From the NCBI RefSeq assembly GCF_016433145.1, contig NC_058135.1, forward strand, positions 105,202,219 through 105,266,218: a stretch of DNA of 64,000 bases. The letters run 5' to 3'. This DNA is from Gracilinanus agilis (Eukaryota). Every line of letters starts with the position of its first letter. Within the stretch, counting starts at the first letter, position 1. Positions 24,617 to 35,537 of this stretch are shown one piece after another. The notes under the pieces are model-generated. The model searched no databases. It was not told the DNA's origin and saw only the letters and a list, made by a program, of their open reading frames with translations. Made by a program: the position numbers and the translations under genes.

Positions 24617-25465
24617 GAGTGGTTCCCAAACTTTTTTTTAAAACATTTATTAATATTCATTTTTTAGTAAAGTTAACATGGTTACATGATTCATGCTTCT
24701 ACTTTCCCCTTCATCCCTCACCCTCCCCCCACCCCTGGCCAATGCACATTTCCACTGGTTTTAACATGTGTCATTGATCAAGACCTATTTCCAGATTGTT
24801 GATCATTGCATTGGTGTGGTAGTTTTGAATCAAAATCCCCAATCATGTCTGCCTCAACCCATGTATTCAAGCAGCTGCTTTTCTTCTGTGTTTCCTCTCC
24901 TGCAGTCCTTCCTCTGAATGTGGGTAGCATTCTTTTCCATAAATCCCTCAGAATTGTCCTGTGTCATTGCATTGCTGCTAGTTCAGAAGTCCATTACATT
25001 CGATTTTACCACAGTATATCAGTCTCTGTGTACAGTGTTCTTCTGGCTCTGCTCCTTTCACTCTGCATCAGTTCCTGGAGGTCTTTCCAGTTCACATGGA
25101 ATTCCTCCAGTTTATTATTCCTTTGAGTACAATAGTATTCCATCACCCGCATATACCACAATTTGTTCAGCCATTCCCCAATTGAAGGACATACCCTCCT
25201 TTTCCAGTTTTTTGCCACCACAAAAAGCGCAGCTATAAATATTTTTGTACAAGTCTGTTTATCTATGATCTCTTTGGTTCCTAAACTTTTTTGGCCTACT
25301 GCCCCCTTTCCAGAAAAAATGTTACTTAGCCCCCTGGAAATTATTTTTTTTTTTAATTTTAATAGCAATTAATAGGACCGATAAATGCACCTGTGGCCAT
25401 CACTGCTCTCCTGGATCACTGCAGCACCCACCAGGGGGCAGTAGCGCCCACTTTGGGAATCACTG
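24617..25465 (+). mobile_element. hAT-superfamily MITE (about 190 bp) split by an L1 insertion
   Basis: Termini gagtggttcccaaa (24617) and tttgggaatcactg (25452-25465) are inverted repeats. The 8-bp TSD is gtctatat / gtttatat. The body matches the intact MITE at 35346. Confidence 0.9.
24638..25277 (-). mobile_element. 5'-truncated L1 (ORF2 C-terminus plus 3'UTR), L1_Mdo-like
   Basis: Reverse frame gives KEIIDKQTCTKIFIAALFVVAKNWK...CPSIGEWLNKLWY..MEYY...WKDLQELMQSERSR. TSD tggttcc(c/t)aaactttttt at 24620-24637 and 25275-25292. Confidence 0.95.
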
Positions 25466-25981
25466 GTTTATATGATCATAGATTTAGAATTAGAAGAATT
25501 CTTAGATATCATCTAGTCCAATCTTTTTTGTTTACAGATGAAGAAAAACAAGGGTCCAAAGAATGAATGATTAGCCCAAGGTCACACAGATAGTAAATTG
25601 CAGAACAAACATTTAAACTCAATATTATGTCACCAAATCCAGCATTCTTTTCAGCTATTGATGAAAGAAAGAAAAGGGGAAAATGACATTATCAAATCTC
25701 ACAGTGATCCTGGATTACTGGAGCTAGAAGAAACCTTGGAGATCATTTAGTCTTGCCTCATTTTACAGATGAGAAAACTGAGGTCCAGAAATGAGGCACC
25801 TTTTATAGAGTTGCATGATTAGTTAGTGATAAAGCTGGAACTGTAGCTTATGAAGTGGTATTCAACTCAATATGCAGTTATTAAACATCTACTGGATACC
25901 TGACATTATGCTAAGCATGAGGGTCTGGGTATAATAAGCATTTAGATTAATTTTCACTTTCTCCCAGACTACATTTTAAAA

Positions 25982-26166
25982 AAAAATCCTTACCTTCCAT
26001 CTTAAAATAAATACATCTGTATTGGTTCTAAGTCAGAAGAGTGGTAAGGGCTAGGAAGTTGGGGTTGAGTCATATAGCTAGAAAGAAAGTGTCTGAGGTC
26101 AGATTTGAAGCAGACTTTTCAGTCTCTGAGCTGTCTCTCTATCCACTGAGTTTACCTAGCTGTCCC
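25982..26166 (-). mobile_element. SINE1/2_Mdo-like element
   Basis: Tail ccttaccttccatctt. TSD cagactacattttaaaa (25965-25981) / cagaccatattttaaaa (26168-26184). Confidence 0.85.
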
Positions 26167-27313
26167 TCAGACCATATTTTAAAATAGCCTGGGGAGAGAT
26201 GGTGAGTCTATGGAGTAATATTAATGAGCAGCAGCCCACAGAGTGACAGGAGAATAGGCATTTCTATAAGCAAACAAAGCTTTAATAAAAGGAGAAACGA
26301 TGCCTCTAGAATTGTTATTGGCGTGAGCAGTGAAGAAGCTGGAATAAAAGAGGAGCATAAAAGAGGTAGCAGTGCCACCTAGTAGGGGCTGGCAGCATTG
26401 CCTTCAGTAAGTTTGGTTTCCTGTGAGAAAGGCTGTTCTCAGCTTGCCCACAATGGCCCAATTCCTGGCTCCACGTTCAGATATTGAGTCTTCCAAAGAG
26501 AAAAACTTCATCTGTGTGGGGTGAATGAGAAAACCTGTAAAGGGTACATGAATATATCCCTGCCTAAATGGATCAATCGTGCCTCTAAACAGAGAAACAC
26601 CACTAATTAGTTTTGCTTTTTTGTTTTATTGATGTGGACTCTGTTATCAAGTAGATGATGGCAGTGGATAGAGGGCTGGACCTAGAGTCAAGAAGACCTC
26701 CATTCAAGTCTTCATAGCTGTGTGACCTTGGGAAAGTCACTTAGCTTCTGTTTGCCTCTCAAATGGGGACAATAATAGCACCTAGGATCAAATAAGATCA
26801 TAATTGTAAGGGGTTTAGCCCAGTACCCTCCATAGAGATGTTACTTAATTATTTTCCTGAATTCTGATGAGAAGAATCATGACCAGCATTGCTATAATAC
26901 TTTAAGGTTTATGAAGTATTTTACAATTAAGTGACTTGGCTTTAGAGGTAGGCAGGGTTAGGCTCGGGTCCCATCTCTGACTCATATTAGCCACGTTACC
27001 TGGGACAAGTCATATAACTTCCCTCAGTGAACCCAGGTCATTCTATCATAGGATCATAGATTTAAAGCTGAAAAAGCTCCTAAATATCATGGAGCTAAAA
27101 CCCCTCCTTTTGGAGATGAGGAAACGGGGAGAAAGGAGTGAGAGGTGACTTGCCCAGGGACACACAGTCATTAAGTATCTGAAGTGGGATTTGTTTTGGG
27201 GGAGTTTGAGAGCTTTTTAGTACCATTTCATTTATTGGTTTCAGAAATTACTTGAGCTTAGCCCATCAATTTAATTCAATAAACATTTGTTAAAATGGAG
27301 ATATCACTAAAGA

Positions 27314-27565
27314 TTGTTGTTCTTCAGTCATTCCAGTTGTGTCCAACTCTCTGTTACGTGACCTTTTGGGGGGTTTTCTTGGTAAAGAGACCACTGGAGT
27401 ACTTTGCCATTTATTTCTCCAGTTCATTTGACAGATGAGAAAACTGAGGCAATCAGTTTTAAGTGACTTGCCCCGGGCTGCACAGTTCATACTGTCTGAG
27501 GCAGAGTTTGAGCTCAGGAAAATGAGTCTAGGCTAGGCACTCTGCCCACTGCACCACCTAGCTGC
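27314..27565 (-). mobile_element. MAR1-like SINE
   Basis: ttgttgttcttcagtc tail, gggttttcttggtaaag, core gatgagaaaactgaggc, head cacctagctgc. Confidence 0.85.
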
Positions 27566-27744
27566 TATATAACCTCCCCTTTGCTCTCGTGAAACCTATA
27601 TTGGAGTCGTATGATATGATATGTCTATAGCTATAGATGAAACACATACTTATGATAGTGATGAACAGAAATACACTGTTAAGTACATTCAGAATAGGGA
27701 CCAAGGCGGGCTTTAACATCTGGGATTTTTCCTTTTAAGAGCTT

Positions 27745-28020
27745 AATTAATTAATTAATTAATTAATTTGCCAATTACATGTAATAATGAATTTCCACCT
27801 AAGTTTTCCAAAGTTATATGACCACATTTTCTCCCTCCCTTCCTGGAGCGATTCCATCTGGTTACATGTGTATTATCATGCAAAATATTTCTATATTGTT
27901 CATTTTTGTAAGAGAACAATCCTATAAAACCAAAGTCTTCAACAAAACCCCAAATAAACAAGTGACTCTGACTGCAACAGTTCTTTCTGGAGGTGGACAG
28001 CATTCTTTGTCATTTTCTTA
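27745..28020 (-). mobile_element. L1 3' end fragment with (TAAT)n tail
   Basis: ccaattacatgtaataa...catctggttacatgtgtattatcatgcaaaatatttc...cagttctttctggaggtggacagcattc. Confidence 0.7.
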
Positions 28021-28134
28021 TTTATTGACTCTAGGGGTTAAAATAAAAAGATAATGATCTGCTTTGGTGAAAGGAGTGTTCATACCAGGAGCTAGCTGGA
28101 GAAATCATAGAATCCCAATAAGATGCTTCTAATG

Positions 28135-28365
28135 ACAGTCAGGAAGGCATAGTAGATCTAGGGCTGGCTTTCCAGTCAATGGGGCTGCCTCAGACACTTA
28201 CTAGCTGTGTGACCTTATGCAAGTCACTTTCTCTGTTGGCCTCAGTTTCTTCATCTGTCCAATGAGCTGGAGAAGAAAATGGCAAACCACTCTAGTTATC
28301 TCTGCCTAGAAAGCCTCAAATGATGTCACAGAGACTCAGACACACTGTAAAACATGAGCAACAGC
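28135..28365 (+). mobile_element. MAR1-like SINE
   Basis: gcctcagacacttactagctgtgtgacc core and gagctggagaagaaaatggcaaaccactctag tail. Confidence 0.75.
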
Positions 28366-29039
28366 AAATTATATAATCAATAAGATCTAGATTAAAGTTC
28401 TGCTTCTGACATGTAGTAGTAGTATGATGGCGAGCCAGCCAGTTAGTCTCTTTTAAGTCTATTTCCTCATCTGAAAAATGGACTGGACTTGTTTGCCCCT
28501 GAAAGAAATCCTTTCTAGCTCTAGATTTGTGCCTCTGCTTATTACAAAACATTTTTAGGTTTACTGATGTTTTCCTCACAACAGCCCTTTGAAGTTCATA
28601 TTAATGAGGATTATTCTTCCCATTTAATAGATTTTAAAACCTGAGGCTCTTCAGAGGTTAAACTACTTACCCAGGTTCACATGGCTAATAAGAGTCTGAG
28701 ACAGGTCTCTTTACTTCAAGTTCAATGCTTTATCTACCACGCCAAGCAACCATGACTGAAATGAATGGATTTGCTATAGTTTACAAGAAATCCGTTCAAG
28801 TTTAGGCCTGACAGACACATGCATCTCTTTCACAAACTGAGATTTAAGCGGTTTCCTATCTCATCTACAAAAGAAATTAACAGAAGCCTATTTCACATGG
28901 CTTTTCTGTCTTTTTTTTTTAATTAGCACAGAAAGAAAAGAATATATGCAAAAGAAGATTATGAAAAATTCTATTCCAGATGCTGAAGTGTTTTCAAGGG
29001 AAAAAGATTTCTATAAATGAGATCTAATGGAGATTCTTA

Positions 29040-29236
29040 TTTAAAAAAAAAACCCTTACCTTCTGTCTGAGATTGTTTCCAAAGCAGAGGAGTGGTAAGA
29101 GCTAGGCAATGGGGACTTAACCCACTGGAACTTGCCCAGAGTCACACAGCGAGGAAGCATCTGAGGCCATATTTGAACCCAGAACCTCCCATCTCTAGAC
29201 CTGGCTCTCAATCCACTAAGCCACCTAGCTGTCCCC
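29040..29236 (-). mobile_element. SINE1/2_Mdo-like element
   Basis: aaacccttaccttctgtc tail through ccacctagctgtcccc head. Imperfect TSD ctaatggagattct / ctaaaggagatttt. Confidence 0.85.
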
Positions 29237-29334
29237 TCTAAAGGAGATTTTTAGGGTCCTGTGGATGGGCCAGAATTTAGAGACAGAAAGACATCTCACA
29301 TGTCAGGAGTGATCAATTATATTATTAGATTTTG

Positions 29335-29512
29335 TTACTGCTCAGTTTTCTTTTCAGTCTTATCCAACTCTTTATGACCCCATTTGGGATTTTCTTGGCA
29401 AAGAAACTAGGGTGGTTTGCCATTTCTTTCTCCAGCTCGTTTTACAGATGAGGAAACTGAGACCAAGTTAAGTGACTTTCCCAGAGTCACACAGTTAGTA
29501 CTTATCTGAGGT
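29335..29512 (-). mobile_element. MAR1-like SINE, 5'-truncated
   Basis: gggattttcttggcaaag tail and ttttacagatgaggaaactgag core. Confidence 0.75.
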
Positions 29513-30231
29513 TCTGAGGAACAAAGGGAGATCCAAAGCAGGGCTGTCCAGTCCGCATTGGTACAGAGAAATTTTTCATCAGGAATTAAAAATTAGACTG
29601 TTCCCTAACAGACCCTAAATTTTCAACCCTTCTGAAAGTCCAATGGATGCTTTCTCAGAGTGATATCCAAAGCATCCACATCTGAGCTCTGCCCTTTATG
29701 CTCCCTGTGGTCCCCAAGTCATTAAGCCTTTCTGAGCCTGAGTTTCTTTGTCCTTAAAATGAGGGAGTTGGATTCAGTGCTCTCTAAGGCTCCGTCAGAT
29801 TCTAAACATATTGGCCCTAGGACAGCTCTGATCCTGTGTAAGGAAAGTCGGACTATCCCCATTTGGATTGAACGCCTTTACAGTCAATGTGAAATACAGT
29901 TAAGCTTTGAGAGAGAAAAGAAAAAATATGCAATTTGGAGGCAGAGGACATGGGTTCAAATCCCAGCCTTGAGTGATTTTGAACAAGCAAGCCCCTTTGA
30001 GATTCTTTTGCCATCTAGCTCTAAATATATGGGCATATAATGTCAAGCAGTAAAATATTTTAGAGTCACAAATAGCACAGATTTGCCAAAAAGCACAAAA
30101 CATTTGCCAAAAGACCCTTGGCAAATTGGCCTCGCCTTTCTCAGAAGGTCTGTCTTAGGAAGTTTGGACACAGGATTTTATTATTCACACTTAAGACTAC
30201 AATAAAGTGAGGTCCATAGACTTTCCTTATA

Positions 30232-31184
30232 CAGATAAGTCCTTCCACATTGCAGGAGTCTGGGGCTTGGTGTCCCTGTGATCTGGAAAATTCATGCCCC
30301 TCATTCCAGAGGAGGAATCCAATTTTTTCCTTCTTTTTATGGGGAGTTAATAGTATGTAAATGTAAAATTTGGGTTAAGTATTCAGTCATCGGCTAGACA
30401 TAGGCGAGTGTTAAGTACAAATAACGTATGAAAAAGAACATTTTAAAAACAGGAAATAAATATGGAAAATTTTAAATGAAACAAATTTGAAGAGAACAAT
30501 GTTGAACATACTACATATATCATAAAAGAATTTTTCTTTAATTGTGAAATTTCCTGATGATACTTATCATTAGCCCGTGGAACCAGTTCTTTTACTATAA
30601 ATTTAATTTTTTTAAACCCTTAACTTCTGTGTATTAGTTCCTTGGTGGAAGAGTGGTAAGGGTAGGCAATGGGGGTCAAGTGACTTGCCCAGGGTCACAC
30701 AGCTGGGAAGCTTCTGAGGCTGGATTTGAACCCAGGACCTCCCATCTCTAGGCCTGGCTCTCAATCCACTGAGCTACCCAGCTGCCCTACAAATTTAATT
30801 TTAAGAAAAGAAATTTGTGTGACTGTTCATTTGCATTTTTAAGCAGTAAAATATATACTATGCAGATAATATCATACATAACAGAATATGTATTTTATAC
30901 CTTTATAATAGCTCTTTCCGTGTCATATGCTGGCTTTTGTGCTCTTTTCTTAAGCTCTAGCTCTTGACTTATTTTCACTTTAAAAAAGAAGTTGTGTATA
31001 TTTATGGAATTAAAAGATAACATGTCAGTATTATACATCATTCATTATGAAGTTTTTCCGCGTCATCTGTTGTCCTTTGGGTGTCACCTGCGGCTTCCAC
31101 AAAACTCCCCCCAAATTCCCATTTACTTTCTTATGCTATGTCAGACCCAAGCTGGGGAAAGTGGGGATGGAGAAGGGACACCTG
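30232..31184. mobile_element. Non-autonomous Tc1/mariner Tigger-like element (MarsTigger-type), interrupted by a SINE
   Basis: Preceded by TA. The left end cagataagtccttccacat and the right end atggagaagggacacctg form degenerate inverted repeats around an AT-rich interior. Confidence 0.65.
30611..30788 (-). mobile_element. Young SINE1_Mdo-like element inside the Tigger-like element
   Basis: Near-consensus body. TSD aaatttaatttt at 30599-30610 and 30791-30802. Confidence 0.92.
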
Positions 31185-31370
31185 TCTTTGTTCCAAACCT
31201 AGAATTCTGGTGCTTACCTTGACTTTCTTATTTATATGCTCTCATTGCACCCTCTAGTGGATAATGTTAGCATACCACATTTATTTATTTTCTAAATCCT
31301 CACTCTTGTTTAGACTGTCAGAAAGGAAATGAAAGGAGACCCAAAGGAAGTTTACTTGGCAAATACACTA

Positions 31371-31576
31371 TTTTTTTTTTTTATTATTTTTTTAAACCTT
31401 TACCTTCCATCTTGGAGTCAATACTGTGTATTGGCTCCAAGGCAGAAGAGTGGTAAGGGCTAGGCAATGGGGGTCAAGTGACTTGCCCAGGGTCACACAG
31501 CTGAGGCCAGATTTGAACTTAGGACCTCCTGTCTCTAGGCCTGGCTCTCAATCCACTGAGCTACCCAGCTGCGCCC
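31371..31576 (-). mobile_element. Young SINE1_Mdo-like element
   Basis: Near-consensus tail and body, flanked by the direct repeat aaatacact (31361 and 31580). Confidence 0.9.
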
Positions 31577-31629
31577 GGAAAATACACTTTAGCAAGAACA
31601 CCAGTGTCCATAGTTTGATGAGTAGCACA

Positions 31630-31870
31630 AGAGTTGGATTTAGAGAAAGGAAGACCTGAGTTGGAATCCCGCCTCAGATATTTTAGCAATTGTGTCTTCC
31701 TGGTCTTAATCTCCCTGGGCCTCAGTTTTCTCATCTGAAACATGGGGACAATAATAGGATAGTAATCCTGCCTCTTAGGGCTGTTGAGAGTTTCAAGTGA
31801 GATAATATTTGTAAGTCACTTAGTGTAATGCCTGGTTCATGGTAGGTGCTATATGAATGCTAGCTGGTAT
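31630..31870 (+). mobile_element. MIR-type CORE-SINE
   Basis: ctgggcctcagttttctcatctgaaa core and gtgagataatatttgtaag L2-like tail. Confidence 0.75.
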
Positions 31871-31939
31871 CAGTCCCAGTGATCCCAAGGACCATCTTCC
31901 CTTTTACCCAGGCACAGAACCTCAGAGAATCATGGGTTT

Positions 31940-32155
31940 ATTTTTTAATTTGTATTTATTTATTTTTTAAGCTCTTACCTTCCATCTTGGAATCAATACT
32001 GTGTGTTGGTTCCAAGGCAGAAGAGGGGTAAGGGTAGGCTATGGGGGTTAAGTGACTTGCCCAGGGTCACACAGCTAGGAAGTGCCTGAGGCCAGATTTG
32101 AACCTAGAACCTCCCATCTGAGGCCTGGCTATCAATCCACTGAGCTACCCAGATG
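31940..32155 (-). mobile_element. SINE1/2_Mdo-like element
   Basis: cttaccttccatcttggaatcaatactgtg tail, core aagtgacttgcccagggtcacacagc, head ccactgagctaccc. Confidence 0.88.
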
Positions 32156-32281
32156 TGTCCAGATCGTGGGCTTAGAGCCACAAGAAATCCTAGAGATCAA
32201 TCAATCCCTCAGTCAACAAGCATTTATTATGTATTTAGTATATGATAGGTAAGAAACAGGATGGTATAGTGGATAGAGAGT

Positions 32282-32565
32282 TAGGAAGATGAAGGAAGAA
32301 GGGAGGAAGGAAGAAAGGACGGAGAAAGGAAATAAAAAAAGAAAAAAGGAGAGGAAGGAAGAAAAGAGGAAGGAAGGAAGGAATGGACAAAGGGAGGAAG
32401 GAAAGAAGGGAGGGAAGAAAAAGAAAGGGAAAGGAGGAAGAAAAATATAAAGTTACTATATGATATATATTTATATACAAAGCTTATTTTATGTATAAAG
32501 TTTTTATATACATGATATTGCATATGTAAAGTTTATATATATATATATGATACTTTTTATATAGT
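32282..32565. repeat. Polypurine (GGAA/GAAA)-like tract followed by AT-rich (TA)n tract
   Basis: Almost pure A/G over 32282-32445, then TA-rich. Confidence 0.9.
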
Positions 32566-33514
32566 ATTTAAAATTGGGCTTGAAACATTTGTTAAGCGTG
32601 GTGACCTTCAAAAGTATTTCAATCAAACACTTAGGAAGGTTGGATCCATGGCTTTTAATCTATATCGACATTTTTTCTTCACCTTTTTCCCAGGCTCCTG
32701 TTATTCACTTTTCACCATTTCAAGCTAGCTTCTATTTGCTATGGCCTCTGCCAAGTGTCTGTCTACTAGCATCCTGTGGTGTCTCTGTCGGACCCTTCAG
32801 TTTGGTTCCTTGTTCTCAGTGTGACCTTGGATGACTCCTTGATGGGTCTCTATGCTACATCTGCTGCTAATACATTTCCATACGTTTGTCTTTTTGAGAA
32901 CTTTTTCCTTCTACAACCACATGGCTTCCTGAATCCTTTGCCTTGGGCCCTTATTGTATTGCCCTCCCTTGTTTGCCATCATGTTGCCCTGAATTCCCTG
33001 TCTTGGCTTGCCCTTTCCTACATGCTCCAGTTCCTCTTGATGTTCGGTCTGTGTCATTTTCTGCGTGGATCTATCTCTATAGTTGACCAGCTTCTTACAC
33101 CTCCCTTTGCCTTATATTTAACCACTGCCACTGCATCGATACCACATGTGCCCTCATATATGGCATTCCTTGTAATAAGAGCCTTCGTGTCAAACTAATT
33201 AACTGGTAGTGATTATAGTGATAATATTGAAGACACAGCTGAAGAATGGGAGGCCTGCAGGAAGTATTTTTTTTTAAAGGAATAGTTGACTGCTCTCACT
33301 CCTTTGCAGAGCTGGGTTTTCCACAATATGGAACGCTGTGTACATATGTTGTCAATTTTAAAATTTAACATATGTATATTAAATTAATTGATAGTTTTGT
33401 TCTACTTTTTCTTTTTGCTCTTTTTCTTTTTTAAAAAAATTCTCTCTGCTCTCTAGGTGAGGGGAGAGGGGATACAGAGGAAATTTAATGTAAAAATAGA
33501 AATGCATTTATTTG

Positions 33515-33713
33515 TTATTAGAACCATTACCTTCTGTTTTAGAATCAATACTGTGTATTGATTCCAATGCAGAAGAACAGTAAGGGCTAGGCAAAGGAGG
33601 CTGGGTAACTTCCCACGGGGTCACACAGCTAGGAAGTATCCCAGACCAGATTTGAGTCCAGGACCACCTATTTCTGGTCTGGCTCTCAATCCACTGAGCC
33701 AGTTAGCTTCCCC
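33515..33713 (-). mobile_element. Diverged SINE1/2_Mdo-like element
   Basis: accattaccttctgttttagaatcaatactgtg tail and gctctcaatccactgagcc head. Confidence 0.8.
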
Positions 33714-33819
33714 CAAGATACTTATTTTTAAAAAATAAATGGAATAGGCAGTTTTTAGCACTAAGTAGCATTGGAGAGAATTTTAATGCTACTCTACCAA
33801 TAGCTCACCAAAGAGATTC

Positions 33820-33823
<4 letters not shown>

Positions 33824-33896
<73 letters not shown>

Positions 33897-34195
33897 TCCT
33901 CTCTCCCTCCNNNNNNNNNNNNNNNNNNNNNNNNNNNNNNNNNNNNNNNNNNNNNNNNNNNNNNNNNNNNNNNNNNNNNNNNNNNNNNNNNNNNNNNNNN
34001 NNNNNNNNNNNNNNNNNNNNNNNNNNNNNNNNNNNNNNNNNNNNNNNNNNNNNNNNNNNNNNNNNNNNNNNNNNNNNNNNNNNNNNNNNNNNNNNNNNNN
34101 NNNNNNNNNNNNNNNNNNNNNNNNNNNNNNNNNNNNNNNNNNNNNNNNNNNNNNNNNNNNNNNNNNNNNNNNNNNNNNNNNNNNNNNNNNNNNNN

Positions 34196-34261
<66 letters not shown>

Positions 34262-34300
34262 TCTCTCCTCTCTCCCTCCCCTCTCTTCTCTCCTCTCTCC
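33824..34300. repeat. (TC)n microsatellite spanning an assembly gap
   Basis: Pure TC runs at 33824-33890 and 34196-34255 on either side of the Ns. Confidence 0.95.
33911..34195. other. Assembly gap, 285 N
   Basis: Run of N characters. Confidence 1.
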
Positions 34301-35345
34301 CATTCTTTCCCTTTCTTAGTTTATTTTCCTTATATCCATCATCTCTTTTCCTCCACCCATTTTTTTTTCTGCTCTATTTTTTTTTCCTCTCTCTCTTACT
34401 TGATCTTTAGGCCTACTTAATGGCACCGATGGATGTGTCTGAGCTTTCCTGATGGCTCTGAGAAATAAAGGAGTTGCCTACCTCTTCTTTAGAATACTTC
34501 CTGAAAATGCAATTGAATACTTACTATGAAATTTCAGTTTTCAGTTAATTCCTCTGTAGTTTTAGCTATGATTGGCATGTTGCTAATTTAAGACATCATT
34601 ACACATATTTCAATAAATGAAAGCTCTGAAAGGAATTTTGGGGCCTAATAGCTAGAGGCCTGGACAGGAAGTATATAACTATTACAAGCAAACTTTTAAC
34701 TCCAATAAATAGCTTTACCTCTTCAGGCTTTCATTTTCCTTTATTTTAAACAAGACAGGATTTCTCTTTTTGGAGGAAAGTGATGTTGATTAGGGTGGAT
34801 GAAACCTGAAGACTAGCAATAGAATGAAGCTAGAGGAAAGGATGTTTGAGGGAGTTACAACTGGCAACTAAAAGAACAAGTCTATATAGCTTCTGTTGGC
34901 TTAAGAAGGAGGAAATAAGAGAGATTTTGGAGCTAAATGGTTTGAAAACAGGAAAGGGGCAAAGATCCATACTGTTATGAGAACATTATCAGAAGGTCAG
35001 GTTCCTGAAATGTGAACTTGATGAAGGTGGCAGGAAGAGGTCACATCTAAATAAATAAATAAATTTGCCGCATGATTGATGAAGTTAATCTGTTTGGACT
35101 CAATAGTTTTGCATAGCAGGTTGTTTTTCTGACTCTCGTGTATATTTTTAGCATTCCTCGATAAAGTCATTTGAAGTTCAAGAAAAATGAAGACTTTCAA
35201 GATTTCTTGACTTTACTCAATTCCTCATTAAAAAAATAAAGATAAAACATGGACTCTTGTCCAATGTCTCATAGCTAATAATCAGGGAAAGTAAATCCAA
35301 GTCTTAGACCTCTAAGTCTAATGCACCATAGACAATCCTCTATAA

Positions 35346-35537
35346 CAGCGGTTCCCAAACTTTTTTGGCCTACCGCCCCCTTTCCAGAAAAAACATTACT
35401 TAGTGCCCCCTGGAAATTATGAAACTATTTATTGAACTCAGAATAGAATGTAATACAAAAAAATGTGGCCATCACTGCCCCCCTGGATTGCTGCAGCACC
35501 TACCAGGGGGCGGTGGCGCCCACTTTGGGAATCATTG
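35346..35537 (+). mobile_element. Intact hAT-superfamily MITE, 192 bp
   Basis: TIRs cagcggttcccaaa / tttgggaatcattg. The 8-bp TSD is ctctataa (35338-35345) / ctctatag (35538-35545), an NTCTANAN-type target. Confidence 0.93.

Noticed and set aside
25006-25368. 120-aa ORF with clear protein homology
   Set aside because: It is the L1 ORF2 C-terminus read in from MITE sequence, a truncated TE and not a host gene. The same applies to 37188-37382.
32776-33198. 140-aa hydrophobic ORF
   Set aside because: Pyrimidine-rich repeat-like or low-complexity sequence gives Leu/Ser/Phe-rich frames; no domain or splice structure.
33794-34303. 169-aa and 122-aa ORFs with RE repeats
   Set aside because: Translations of the (GA)n microsatellite and N gap, not genes.
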